Source of the DNA: Clostridia bacterium
Lineage (GTDB): Bacteria > Bacillota > Clostridia > Oscillospirales > CAG-382
Direction of reading: 5' to 3'
Length of the DNA: 64,000 nt
NCBI GenBank assembly: GCA_017399965.1
Contig: JAFQAP010000016.1
Location: 53,489-117,488 of the forward strand
Part shown: positions 25,554-34,809 of the stretch, in pieces
Position numbering within the stretch: position 1 is the stretch's first letter
Layout: the number at the start of each line of letters is the position of its first letter
The notes under the pieces: model-generated
What the model was told of the DNA's origin: nothing
The model's database searches: none
The model's input: only the letters and a program-made list of their open reading frames with translations
Program-made: the position numbers and the translations under genes

Positions 25554-27125
25554 TTATTCGCCCAGAGAATCCAGCAGGGAAGTCTGCATCTCATCTTGGA
25601 CAGAATTGTTTTGTTTTATTTCGATTTTTATATTTTTATTGGTGGCAGAGCGAACCGCATCATTTAAGGCAATAATCGCATCGGGCTTGCTCAAAAGGGA
25701 ATGACCGATAAAATCCGTACGGATAATAAGGGTGTTCCCCCGTAATTTAACGTCTGCCTTGGAAACAAAGGAAGCAAGGTCGCTTCTTGCGCTCAAAGCT
25801 TCTATAAATTCCGCAAAGAATTCAAATTCTTCTTCAATTTGCTTTTCGGCGTATTCCGTTTTTTCTGCGGGTGCAGACGCCTTGGGCTGTGCAGGCACAG
25901 AATCAACCGTTAAGGGAATAGGCGGTTCTTCCGTGGGTGCGGGAATGTCCTCAAAAACCGCCGGCGCAGGTGCGGGACGCTTTTCAAGCTCTGCTATACG
26001 CGCAAGCAGGGCTTTGTTGGAATCGTCCAGTTTAAGATCGCACATTCGTATGACCGCAAGCTCGATAAGCACCTTTTTGTTAAGTGCATAACGTGACATT
26101 CTGGATTGAGTATCCTCAAGTACCGTGGAAAAATACAGTAGTTTTTCTATACCGCATTTTTTTGCAACGTCTTTTAATATGGCTTCTGCCGTGCCGGAAT
26201 AATAGGTTCCCGTTTTTGCAAAATTGGCGGGAGAATACTTCAGCATAAGCAGATCTCTGGTCATACCGATAAGCTCATCCAAAAGCGAGGAAAGGTTTTT
26301 CGCACTTCTGTGCAGATTATCAATAAGCTCCAAGGAATCCGCAATATTTCCGTCTGCAATAAGAGAATACAGCTTTGCAACGGAATCGTTATTTGCAACG
26401 CCCAATTGCTGTGCTACGTATTCGGAGGTTATGGTCTTGCCCGTGTTTCCCGCTGTGCAGGATTCCAGAAGGGACAAGGCGTCTCTCATACCGCCGTCTG
26501 CCAGCTTTGCGATAAGGGATGCCGCCTGAGGATCAATAGAAATATCCTCTGCAGATGCAACGCGGTTGATATGCGCCTCAATGGAAGCGTCATCTATTCT
26601 GCGGAATTCGTACCTTTGGCAGCGGGAGAGAATGGTGGCAGGTATTTCGTTAAGCTCGGTTGTTGCCAGAATAAATATAACGTATTCGGGCGGCTCTTCC
26701 AAGGTCTTAAGCAATGCATTGAAAGCACTGCCGGATAACATATGTACCTCGTCGATTATATAAACACGCTTTTTTAAAAGGGAAGGGGGGTAAAGCAATT
26801 CTTCTCTCAGATCGCGGATATTATCAACACCGTTGTTGGAAGCAGCGTCTATCTCAAGCACGTCAGTAGCACTGCCGCTGTCTATAGAGCGGCACGCTTC
26901 ACACTCGCAGCAGGGATTGCCGTTTACGGGAGAAAGGCAGTTTACTGCTTTTGCCAGAATTTTTGCGCAGGAGGTTTTTCCCGTTCCTCTGGTTCCGCAA
27001 AAAAGATATGCGTGGGAAACCTTATTTTCGGCACTTTGGTTTTTTAATATGGTGGTAATGTGCTCTTGTCCCACAACTTCGTCAAAGGTACGGGACCGCC
27101 ACTTTCTGTATAAAGCCTGATACAC
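25554..27125 (-). CDS. dnaX: DNA polymerase III subunit gamma/tau
   Basis: MYQALYRKWR, GTRGTGKTS, EIDAASN, IIDEVHML, SRCQ; GTG start with RBS AGGAGG. Confidence 0.97.
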   Translation of the reverse strand: MYQALYRKWRSRTFDEVVGQEHITTILKNQSAENKVSHAYLFCGTRGTGKTSCAKILAKAVNCLSPVNGNPCCECEACRSIDSGSATDVLEIDAASNNGVDNIRDLREELLYPPSLLKKRVYIIDEVHMLSGSAFNALLKTLEEPPEYVIFILATTELNEIPATILSRCQRYEFRRIDDASIEAHINRVASAEDISIDPQAASLIAKLADGGMRDALSLLESCTAGNTGKTITSEYVAQQLGVANNDSVAKLYSLIADGNIADSLELIDNLHRSAKNLSSLLDELIGMTRDLLMLKYSPANFAKTGTYYSGTAEAILKDVAKKCGIEKLLYFSTVLEDTQSRMSRYALNKKVLIELAVIRMCDLKLDDSNKALLARIAELEKRPAPAPAVFEDIPAPTEEPPIPLTVDSVPAQPKASAPAEKTEYAEKQIEEEFEFFAEFIEALSARSDLASFVSKADVKLRGNTLIIRTDFIGHSLLSKPDAIIALNDAVRSATNKNIKIEIKQNNSVQDEMQTSLLDSLGE

Positions 27126-27167
27126 CTTAGGTTTCCTCCTTAAAACAAAAATAATAATGGATACAGA

Positions 27168-27444
27168 GTACGGTCATACAGCAAAAGTCGAACGCCTGCT
27201 ACACCCGAAAACGAAGCTTTCCTCTTCCGGACAGGCACTCCCGCAACACATCCGCTCTTCCGCTTAATGCTGCTTGGTTCCCCATCTGACATGGTTCACG
27301 GACGCAAATTGTGCAGGACCCATCCTTCAACAGATTCTTGCTCCGCCCGGCGGCACAGCAAACGGCCTCATAAAGCCATTCACCCCTGCTGTAGCGGATC
27401 TCAGGTTCAGGGCACCGCTAACTCCCCGGTTAGTATGACCGTAC
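27168..27444 (-). ncRNA. ffs: Large bacterial SRP RNA with Alu domain
   Basis: Minus strand GGGGAGTTAGCGGTGCCCTG...CCGCTACAGCAGGG Alu; domain IV GAACCATGTCAG...GGAA...AGCAGCATTAAG; 12-bp complementary ends; upstream of dnaX. Confidence 0.92.
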
Positions 27445-27463
27445 CCCATATCCATTGTCTTTT

Positions 27464-27492
27464 TATTATAACAGAAAATATTTGCTTTTTCA
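27464..27492 (-). promoter_or_regulatory. sigmaA promoter of ffs-dnaX
   Basis: Minus strand TTGAAA-17 bp-TATAAT with extended TG. Confidence 0.7.
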
Positions 27493-27517
27493 ATACGTTT
27501 ATTAAAAATTCCTTGTA

Positions 27518-27546
27518 TTGACTTTACGGCAGTTGGTGTGTATAAT
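27518..27546 (+). promoter_or_regulatory. sigmaA promoter of the DUF2812-hprK operon
   Basis: TTGACT-17 bp-TATAAT. Confidence 0.75.
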
Positions 27547-27567
27547 ATAATGAAAGGAAGTGATAAT

Positions 27568-28170
27568 GTGAAATCAGTTTACAAAATCTTTTTTGGTTTT
27601 ATGGATCTGGAAAAATGGCTTAACAAACAAGGAGAAAAGTGTTTACAGCTTACCAATGTTTCGGACAGTAAATATACCTTTATTAAATGCGATTCTCCTA
27701 TCAGGTATTTTGTTGACCATACCGACGATTCTCCTTTTACCGATGCAAACGGCGAATATATCCATGCAAAAGAAGCGGAAGGATATGAGCTTGTCTGTAT
27801 GAACGGTCGTACCTTGTTTTTCTGCGCACCGTTAGAAAAAGAAGATTATTCACAAAGATATAAAAATATGCTTTCACATGTCAGACTTGTGCTTTTATCC
27901 GTATTTTCTCTTTTTGTTATATCCATGAGTGTGATGATATACGAAATGAAACAGATAAAAATTTTGGAACACGCGGTATTTGAGAGAATAACACCCCGCA
28001 CGGTTGCATATCTGCTTATCGTTCCCGCGGCGCTTTCTCTCGGTGCAACAGTGATATATTTTATGGAAATGCTTTCGCTTTCCCAAAAAAGGAAGGAGGT
28101 AGTTAAGATTGAGCAGCTCAACAAGGCCACAGAACAGGATCAAGTTGAAGGCGATAGTGCAGGAGTTTGA
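27568..28170 (+). CDS. DUF2812-like membrane protein
   Basis: EKWLNKQGEK.L.L..V...Y.F.KC...RY.VD pattern, two C-terminal TM helices; GTG start 27568 because ATG 27538 lies inside the promoter. Confidence 0.65.
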   Translation: MKSVYKIFFGFMDLEKWLNKQGEKCLQLTNVSDSKYTFIKCDSPIRYFVDHTDDSPFTDANGEYIHAKEAEGYELVCMNGRTLFFCAPLEKEDYSQRYKNMLSHVRLVLLSVFSLFVISMSVMIYEMKQIKILEHAVFERITPRTVAYLLIVPAALSLGATVIYFMEMLSLSQKRKEVVKIEQLNKATEQDQVEGDSAGV

Positions 28171-29047
28171 TCTTAAACCCTTTTACGAACCTCCCCATAC
28201 AGACGATATCTACGTGGTGCGGCCGGACGTTTCCCGTCCCGGTTTGCCTCTTGCGGGCTTTTACAAGGATTTTGAAAACGAGCGTATTCAGCTTATCGGT
28301 AATATGGAAAACAGTTATCTGGAATCTCTTTCGCCGGAAGCAAGGTACAAATCCTTGGATACCTTTTTTTCACAAAATTTGATTTGTCTTATTCTTACCA
28401 ACGGTATTGTTCCTTATCCGGAAATGCTTTCTCTTGCGGAAAAGTATAAAGTGCCCCTTTATTCATCTTCTTCATCCACTTCGGACATCACTGCCGCAAT
28501 GAACAACAGACTTCACGTTATGCTGGCAGAGCGAATTACCGTTCACGGTGTTTTGGTAGAGGTTTACGGTGAAGGCGTGCTTATTTTGGGTGATTCGGGT
28601 ATCGGTAAGAGCGAAACCGCCATAGAGCTTGTAAAGCGCGGTCACCGTCTTATTGCCGATGATTCCGTTGATATCAAAAAGGTTTCCACTACCACGCTTG
28701 TGGGCGAAGCGCCGGAGCTTATACGTCACTATATAGAGCTTCGCGGTATCGGTATTGTTGATGTAAGCCGTATATTCGGTATGGGTTCCGTTAAGAATTC
28801 CGAAAAGATAGAGCTTATTATTAATTTCGAGCACTGGGAACCGGGAAAAGAATACGAGCGTCTGGGATTGGACGAAATTACCACCGAAATAATGGGAATT
28901 TCCGTTCCTTCCATCACAGTCCCGGTTCAGCCCGGCAGAAACCTTGCGGTAATTATAGAAATTGCGGCTATGAACAACCGTCAGAAAAAGATGGGATACA
29001 ATGCGGCTGCGGAATTAAATAAAAAAATAATCAGTTACGATAAATAA
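28109..29047 (+). CDS. hprK: HPr kinase/phosphorylase
   Basis: HGVLVEVYGEGVLILGDSGIGKSETAIELVKRGHRLIADD; ELRGIGIV; TTG start with RBS AGGAGG. Confidence 0.96.
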   Translation: MSSSTRPQNRIKLKAIVQEFDLKPFYEPPHTDDIYVVRPDVSRPGLPLAGFYKDFENERIQLIGNMENSYLESLSPEARYKSLDTFFSQNLICLILTNGIVPYPEMLSLAEKYKVPLYSSSSSTSDITAAMNNRLHVMLAERITVHGVLVEVYGEGVLILGDSGIGKSETAIELVKRGHRLIADDSVDIKKVSTTTLVGEAPELIRHYIELRGIGIVDVSRIFGMGSVKNSEKIELIINFEHWEPGKEYERLGLDEITTEIMGISVPSITVPVQPGRNLAVIIEIAAMNNRQKKMGYNAAAELNKKIISYDK

Positions 29048-29060
29048 AGGAGAATTTATT

Positions 29061-30014
29061 ATGTTTTATCTTGGTATAGACCTCGGCGGTACAAATATGG
29101 CAGCAGGAATCTGCGATGAAAACGGTAAGATCATATTAAAAAAATCCATTCCCGCACTTCCCGAGCGCGAAGCAGACCTTATAATGGACGATATGGCAAA
29201 GCTTTGCCTTGATCTTATTGCCGAAGCGGGTCTTTCCGTTTCCGATATAGCTTACGCAGGTATTGCGTCCCCCGGTATTGCAGACCCAATCCACGGCGAG
29301 ATAGTTTATTCCTGCAATTTCCCCACGTTTGTTAACTATCCCATTTGCGATGTGCTTGCAAAAAAAATGGGAATAGATAAGGTTTTGGTTGCCAACGATG
29401 CCAATGCGGCCGCAAAAGGCGAAGCTGTATGCGGTGCGGCAAAGGGCTATTCGGACTCCGTGTTTGTTACGCTGGGCACCGGTGTTGGCGGCGGTATTAT
29501 TATAGATAAAAAGATACTCACCGGCTTTAACTTTGCAGGCGCAGAGATCGGCCATATCGTTATAAGCCATGGCGGCAGACAGTGTAACTGCGGAAGAAAA
29601 GGCTGCTTTGAAGCTTATGCGTCCGCTACCGGTCTTATAAAGACCACCAAGGAAAAAATGCTTGCAAACAAGGACAGTCTTATGTGGGAAGAATGCGGCG
29701 GCAATATTGATGCTGTTAACGGCAGAACTTCCTTCGATGCCATGCGCAAGGGCGACGCTTCCGCAAAAGAAGCGGTTGACGAATATATCAGCTATCTTGC
29801 CTGCGGCGTAACCGATATCATAAATATTTTCCAGCCCGAGATACTTTCCATCGGCGGCGGTATAAGCAACGAAAAAGAATACCTGCTTGCTCCTCTGCGT
29901 GAAATAGTAGAAAGAGAGCAGTATTCCAGAAGCTGTGAAAAGAAGACGGAACTTCGTATAGCACAGCTTGGTAACGATGCCGGCATTATCGGTGCCGCAA
30001 TGCTGGGATTATAA
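29061..30014 (+). CDS. ROK family sugar kinase (glucokinase-like)
   Basis: GIDLGGT, NDANAAA, GTGVGGG, EIGH, CNCGRKGCFEAYAS. Confidence 0.92.
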   Translation: MFYLGIDLGGTNMAAGICDENGKIILKKSIPALPEREADLIMDDMAKLCLDLIAEAGLSVSDIAYAGIASPGIADPIHGEIVYSCNFPTFVNYPICDVLAKKMGIDKVLVANDANAAAKGEAVCGAAKGYSDSVFVTLGTGVGGGIIIDKKILTGFNFAGAEIGHIVISHGGRQCNCGRKGCFEAYASATGLIKTTKEKMLANKDSLMWEECGGNIDAVNGRTSFDAMRKGDASAKEAVDEYISYLACGVTDIINIFQPEILSIGGGISNEKEYLLAPLREIVEREQYSRSCEKKTELRIAQLGNDAGIIGAAMLGL

Positions 30015-30040
30015 ACAACAGTTAATTTTTGGAGAAAATA

Positions 30041-32377
30041 ATGTCACTTACAGAAATAGCAGCAGAGCTGCTCATACTCAATACCGTGTGTATGCGCGGT
30101 ATCGTAATATTTCCCGGAGTATCCGCAACCTTTGAGATAGGCAGAAAAGCATCTGTATGTGCGGTAAGAGAGGCTGTCAATGAAGACGGCCTTCTTTTCC
30201 TGCTTTGCCAAAAGGACGCATCCGAGATAGAACCCAAAGCGAAGGACCTGCACACCGTAGGTACCGTTGTCCGTGTCACACACTTTTCCAAGCTTTCCAA
30301 CGGTAATTATCAGGTAATGGTGGACGGTTTATCCAGAGGAATTGCAGAGCGGGTGGTTTTGGACGGAGGACGCTATGTTTCCACCGTTACCGTTTATAAC
30401 TCCGATAACCCTCAAAGCCATGAAGAAGATGAAAGAGATGCCATTCACGATGTGATGGCCGCATTCTCTTCATACGTGAAATATATTGCAAAGCCTGTTC
30501 CCGATGTTCTTGAGCGTATTAAAATTATGGACAGCGCAGATGAGCTTGCGGATTTTCTGGCAAACGAATTTTTGGTTAAATCCGAGGACAGACAGGAAGC
30601 GCTGAACGCCTTGGAGCCCGTAAGCCGTCTGGGAGTTATTGCTGAAATATTTGAGCGTGAAACCCAGCTTTTGGATACGGAAAACGAAATTCAGCAAAAG
30701 GTAAGAGTCCGTCTTCAGAAAGCACAAAAGGATATGTATCTACGCGAGCAGCTCAACGTAATAAAGCAAGAGCTGGGAATTGGATATGATGACGATGACG
30801 ACGGCGATGAGTACTACGAAAAGATAACATCTGCAGATCTTCCCGATGAAGTACGCCAAAAGCTTTATGAAGAAAATACCAAATTAGGCAAAATGCCCTT
30901 CGGTACCGCAGAAGGCACGGTAATACGTAATTATATAGAGACCGTACTGGAATTGCCTTGGAATTCTTTAAGCAAGGACAGATCCGACGTACGAATGGCG
31001 GAAAAGATACTTAACGAAGACCATGACGGCTTGGATAAGGTTAAAGAGAGAATTCTTGAATATATGGCTGTACGCCAGCTTTCTCCCCAGCTCAACGGAC
31101 AAATTCTTTGTCTTGTAGGCCCTCCCGGTGTTGGTAAGACTTCTATCGGAAAATCCATAGCACGCGCCACCAACAGAAAATACGTGCGTATTTCCTTGGG
31201 CGGTGTTCGTGACGAGGCGGAGATAAGAGGTCACAGAAAGACATATATCGGCTCTATGCCGGGCAGAATTATGAACGGTATGAAGCTGGCGGGAACAAGA
31301 AACCCCGTAATGCTTCTGGATGAGGTTGATAAGCTTACCCGCGATGCTCACGGCGATCCTACCAGCGCACTGTTGGAGGTTTTGGATTCCGAACAAAACC
31401 GTTCTTTCCGCGATCATTTTATCGAACTGCCCTTCGATCTTTCCGAGTGTATGTTCATAACCACCGCGAACACCGTAGAAACCATTCCTCAACCTCTGCT
31501 TGACAGAATGGAAGTTATATTTATGGACAGTTATTCCTTTGAGGAAAAAATGTCCATAGCAAAAAATCACCTTATACGCAAGCAGCTGAAAAGACACGGT
31601 CTGAGCGGCCGCACCGTTCGCTTTACGGACGGCGGTATCGCCATGATAATTCAGCGATATACCAAGGAAAGCGGAGTTCGTAATCTTGACAGAGAAATAG
31701 CCTCCGTTTGCCGTAAGATCGCAAAGCTTATGGTATCCGAGGGAATAAAATCCTACCGTGTGGACGAAAAATCCGTAATTGCTTTGCTGGGCCCCGAAAA
31801 ATATCTGCCCGATCTTATATACGATAAGGACGAGGTGGGCGTTGTCAACGGTCTTGCGTGGACCTCTTTAGGCGGAGAAATGCTCCGCGTGGAATGTGTC
31901 ACTATGGCAGGCACCGGCAGATTGGAGCTCACGGGTCATCTTGGCGACGTTATGAAGGAATCCGCAAAAGCGGCGGTAAGCTATATCCGCAAGCACTCAG
32001 ATGCTTTGGGTGTAAGCAAGGATTTCCACAAGGAATTGGATATTCATATTCACGTTCCCGAAGGAGCAATTCCCAAAGACGGACCTTCTGCAGGTGTTAC
32101 CATTACCACAGCCCTTGTTTCCGAACTAACGGGCAAGAGCGTAAAGCAGTCCGTTGCTATGACAGGCGAAATAACACTTACCGGCAGAGTACTTCCTATC
32201 GGCGGCTTGAAGGAAAAATGTATGGCGGCAAAAAAAGCAGGTATTACCCGGGTAATTATCCCCAAGGATAACCTTAAGGATACCGTAAATTTTGCTCCCG
32301 AGCTTAAAGAAGGTCTGGAGTTCGTTCCCGTTTCCGAAGTTGGCGAGGTACTTAAGACCGCCCTTAACGAGAGGTAA
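30041..32377 (+). CDS. lon: ATP-dependent Lon protease
   Basis: GPPGVGKTS, LLDEVDK, HVPEGAIPKDGPSAG, IGGLKEK; start set at ATG 30041. Confidence 0.96.
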   Translation: MSLTEIAAELLILNTVCMRGIVIFPGVSATFEIGRKASVCAVREAVNEDGLLFLLCQKDASEIEPKAKDLHTVGTVVRVTHFSKLSNGNYQVMVDGLSRGIAERVVLDGGRYVSTVTVYNSDNPQSHEEDERDAIHDVMAAFSSYVKYIAKPVPDVLERIKIMDSADELADFLANEFLVKSEDRQEALNALEPVSRLGVIAEIFERETQLLDTENEIQQKVRVRLQKAQKDMYLREQLNVIKQELGIGYDDDDDGDEYYEKITSADLPDEVRQKLYEENTKLGKMPFGTAEGTVIRNYIETVLELPWNSLSKDRSDVRMAEKILNEDHDGLDKVKERILEYMAVRQLSPQLNGQILCLVGPPGVGKTSIGKSIARATNRKYVRISLGGVRDEAEIRGHRKTYIGSMPGRIMNGMKLAGTRNPVMLLDEVDKLTRDAHGDPTSALLEVLDSEQNRSFRDHFIELPFDLSECMFITTANTVETIPQPLLDRMEVIFMDSYSFEEKMSIAKNHLIRKQLKRHGLSGRTVRFTDGGIAMIIQRYTKESGVRNLDREIASVCRKIAKLMVSEGIKSYRVDEKSVIALLGPEKYLPDLIYDKDEVGVVNGLAWTSLGGEMLRVECVTMAGTGRLELTGHLGDVMKESAKAAVSYIRKHSDALGVSKDFHKELDIHIHVPEGAIPKDGPSAGVTITTALVSELTGKSVKQSVAMTGEITLTGRVLPIGGLKEKCMAAKKAGITRVIIPKDNLKDTVNFAPELKEGLEFVPVSEVGEVLKTALNER

Positions 32378-32382
32378 CGTTT

Positions 32383-32988
32383 ATGGAAATGAACGTAAGC
32401 GGACTTAATTTACATAATACCGTGTTGGACGTTACCGCAGGCGCACCTAAACAGCTTTTAAAAGAGGGCTTGCCCCAGATAGCTTTATCGGGACGCTCCA
32501 ACGTGGGAAAAAGCTCTCTGGTCAATTGCTTGCTGGGCAGAAAAAAGCTTGCCCGCGTAAGCTCCGAGCCGGGAAAGACTATTACGGTAAACTTTTATCT
32601 TGTAGATAAATCCTTGTATCTTGTGGATCTTCCCGGATACGGATTTGCAAGAAGAAGTGAAAGTGACAAACGGCGTTGGTCCAACCTTACACAAGGTTAT
32701 TTTAAAGATAACAACGCTCTTTGCCACGTTTTACAGCTTATAGATATCAAGGTCGGCATAACTGCCGACGATGCTGATATGATCGCATATATGAATCACT
32801 ATGAGATACCTTATACAATAGTGGCTACCAAGTGCGATAAACTCAATAAAACCACTCTTGCAGCCTCCGCTCAAAAGCTGGTTTCGGACCTGCGCATCCG
32901 ACACGGAACCGAATGTATACTTTTCTCTTCCGAAAAAGGTCTGGGCAGGGAAGAAGTATGGAAGCGTGTCGTCCGATATAAGCAGTAA
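32383..32988 (+). CDS. ysxC: Ribosome biogenesis GTPase YsxC/YihA
   Basis: GRSNVGKSS, PGKT, DLPGYG, TKCDK; follows lon. Confidence 0.95.
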   Translation: MEMNVSGLNLHNTVLDVTAGAPKQLLKEGLPQIALSGRSNVGKSSLVNCLLGRKKLARVSSEPGKTITVNFYLVDKSLYLVDLPGYGFARRSESDKRRWSNLTQGYFKDNNALCHVLQLIDIKVGITADDADMIAYMNHYEIPYTIVATKCDKLNKTTLAASAQKLVSDLRIRHGTECILFSSEKGLGREEVWKRVVRYKQ

Positions 32989-32992
32989 CATC

Positions 32993-33024
32993 AAAGTGCG
33001 TACTTTAAAATGTACGCACTTTTT
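32993..33024 (+). terminator. Rho-independent terminator
   Basis: AAAGTGCGTAC-tttaaaat-GTACGCACTTTTT. Confidence 0.85.
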
Positions 33025-33050
33025 AGAATTTTTTTATAATTTACCCAATA

Positions 33051-33083
33051 AAACCACTCCTTGAAGCACTTAATAAACGAAAG
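33051..33083 (+). promoter_or_regulatory. Putative ECF-type promoter motif upstream of extended ECF 2
   Basis: AAACC-12 bp-ACTTAATAAACGAAAG; matches the motif at 21294. Confidence 0.5.
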
Positions 33084-33096
33084 GACGGTGAGAACA

Positions 33097-34644
33097 ATGG
33101 AAAACGGTATTATTGCCGAGTATACCGAAAGAGTGTTTGCTTATGCATTAAAGCGTACCTTTAATTACGATGAGGCGGAAGAGCTTTCTCAAGAAATACT
33201 CGTAACTGCAATAAAGGAACTTCACAAGCTTAAAAATGAAGAAAGCTTTGAACCTTGGCTTTGGGGTATAGCAGGCAATGTAACAAAAGCCTTCAGCCGT
33301 AAAATGGGAAAACAGCGCGCGATGTTTTCTTATGACGTTCCCGAAGATATCGTCTACGACGACGGCACCGACGATAAGAGTGAACAAGAACTTTCTGTAT
33401 TAAGAGCTCAAATCGCAATGCTTTCAAAAGCATACCGTGATATCATTGTTTTTCATTATTACGATAACCTTTCGGTGAAGCAAATCTCTGAACGCCTGTC
33501 TATTCCGGAGGGCACGGTAACGTGGCGCCTTTCAGAAGCGCGGCGAAAGCTTACAAAGGAGTGTAACGAAATGAACGAAACAGCTCTCAGACCTAAAACA
33601 ATGCATATTAATATTCACGGTAACGGAAATTATAACGGTATCACCGTTCCGTTCCCCACGGTTTATATTGATGATGCTTTGTCCCAGAATATACTTTGTT
33701 ATTGCTACGAAGAAGCTCATACTATCGAGGAATTATCCAAATACTGCGGTGTTCCCGCATATTATATCGAGGATCGTGTAGATAATCTTGTTAAACGAAA
33801 TGCGGTCATAGAGCAAACAAAGGGGAAGTACCGCACGGATTTTGTCGTCTGGTCGGATAAATACGGCATTTATCTTGAAGAAAATGCGGAAAAATGCCTG
33901 CTTCCTATGATGGATAAGCTTTTTGATGCTTTAAAAATGATAGCAAAAGAAGCGAAAAATATCGATTTTTACAGAGGCGGCAAAAGTGAAGATGATCTGT
34001 TTTATCTTTACGGCGTACAAGCGTTTAATTATATGGGTCCCGCTTATTGTAAAATTCCCCATGTAGAGATAAAGCCCAAATACGACGGCTACCGCTGGGC
34101 GTATATTGGCAGTGTCGAAACCGGCGCCCATCCCAGGATAGGACTTTCAGTAAACCGCTGCGGTAATTACGGAACAAACGGCGGATATTCCCACGACGTA
34201 TACTGCCATTTCGGAGGCATCCGCTACCGTCCTTTTATGACCGATAATATGATAAACGCCTGTGTTGATATAGTTCTTCACGGCAAGAGTGATGATACGG
34301 AAAGCGTGGCTGATGCTATTCAAAAGGGATATATCAAGCGTAACGAAAACGGTTCTCTGTTTGTTACTGTTCCGCTTTTCAAAAAGGAACAAAGGGACGA
34401 ATTTTTCAGTCTTACCGAGAAATATCTCTTCCCCTTGGGCGAGGAATACGCGCAGTGTGTGGATTCACTTCTTGCAGGCTACAAAAAGCTGTTCCCCAAG
34501 CATTTGAAGGACGAAGCAGACTTTTTTACCCGTCATTTGTTCTTTTCGTTGTATGCGGTTTTAATTAACTGTTGGCAACGCAGGGGACAGATTAAAATGC
34601 CTTCCGAAGATTTCAATTGCGACGTACTGCGGAATTTCGATTAG
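33097..34644 (+). CDS. ECF sigma factor with ~355-aa C-terminal extension (same architecture as 21366-22898)
   Basis: DEAEELSQEI, FEPWLWGIAGN, LSVKQISERLSIPEGTVTWRLSEARR; HTH-like HTIEELSKYCGVPAYYIEDRV; start set at ATG 33097. Confidence 0.85.
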   Translation: MENGIIAEYTERVFAYALKRTFNYDEAEELSQEILVTAIKELHKLKNEESFEPWLWGIAGNVTKAFSRKMGKQRAMFSYDVPEDIVYDDGTDDKSEQELSVLRAQIAMLSKAYRDIIVFHYYDNLSVKQISERLSIPEGTVTWRLSEARRKLTKECNEMNETALRPKTMHINIHGNGNYNGITVPFPTVYIDDALSQNILCYCYEEAHTIEELSKYCGVPAYYIEDRVDNLVKRNAVIEQTKGKYRTDFVVWSDKYGIYLEENAEKCLLPMMDKLFDALKMIAKEAKNIDFYRGGKSEDDLFYLYGVQAFNYMGPAYCKIPHVEIKPKYDGYRWAYIGSVETGAHPRIGLSVNRCGNYGTNGGYSHDVYCHFGGIRYRPFMTDNMINACVDIVLHGKSDDTESVADAIQKGYIKRNENGSLFVTVPLFKKEQRDEFFSLTEKYLFPLGEEYAQCVDSLLAGYKKLFPKHLKDEADFFTRHLFFSLYAVLINCWQRRGQIKMPSEDFNCDVLRNFD

Positions 34645-34651
34645 AAATCAA

Positions 34652-34701
34652 TAAAAAACAAGGACACAATGCCCGTTTTTGACGGATATTGTGTCCTTTT
34701 T
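34652..34701. terminator. Bidirectional terminator between convergent genes
   Basis: AAGGACACAAT...ATTGTGTCCTT flanked by A- and T-tracts. Confidence 0.8.
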
Positions 34702-34702
34702 G

Positions 34703-34784
34703 TTGTCGGGGTCCCCGAGAAGCCGCAAGGCTTCTTGGGGTGATTGTCGGGGTCCCCGAGAAGCCGCAAGGCTTCTTGGGGTGA
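34703..34784 (+). repeat. Two identical tandem copies of the 41-bp hairpin repeat (locus 5)
   Basis: Units 34703-34743 and 34744-34784; loop GCAA. Confidence 0.95.
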
Positions 34785-34809
34785 TTTGTCGCTTTGTTTT
34801 ACTTAAAGC

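Noticed and set aside
26769-26775. A-AAA-AAG slippery heptamer in dnaX as a gamma/tau frameshift site
   Set aside because: It lies near codon 117 inside the AAA+ domain, so a shift would give a useless fragment; no stimulatory element seen; Lys-Lys codons are common here.
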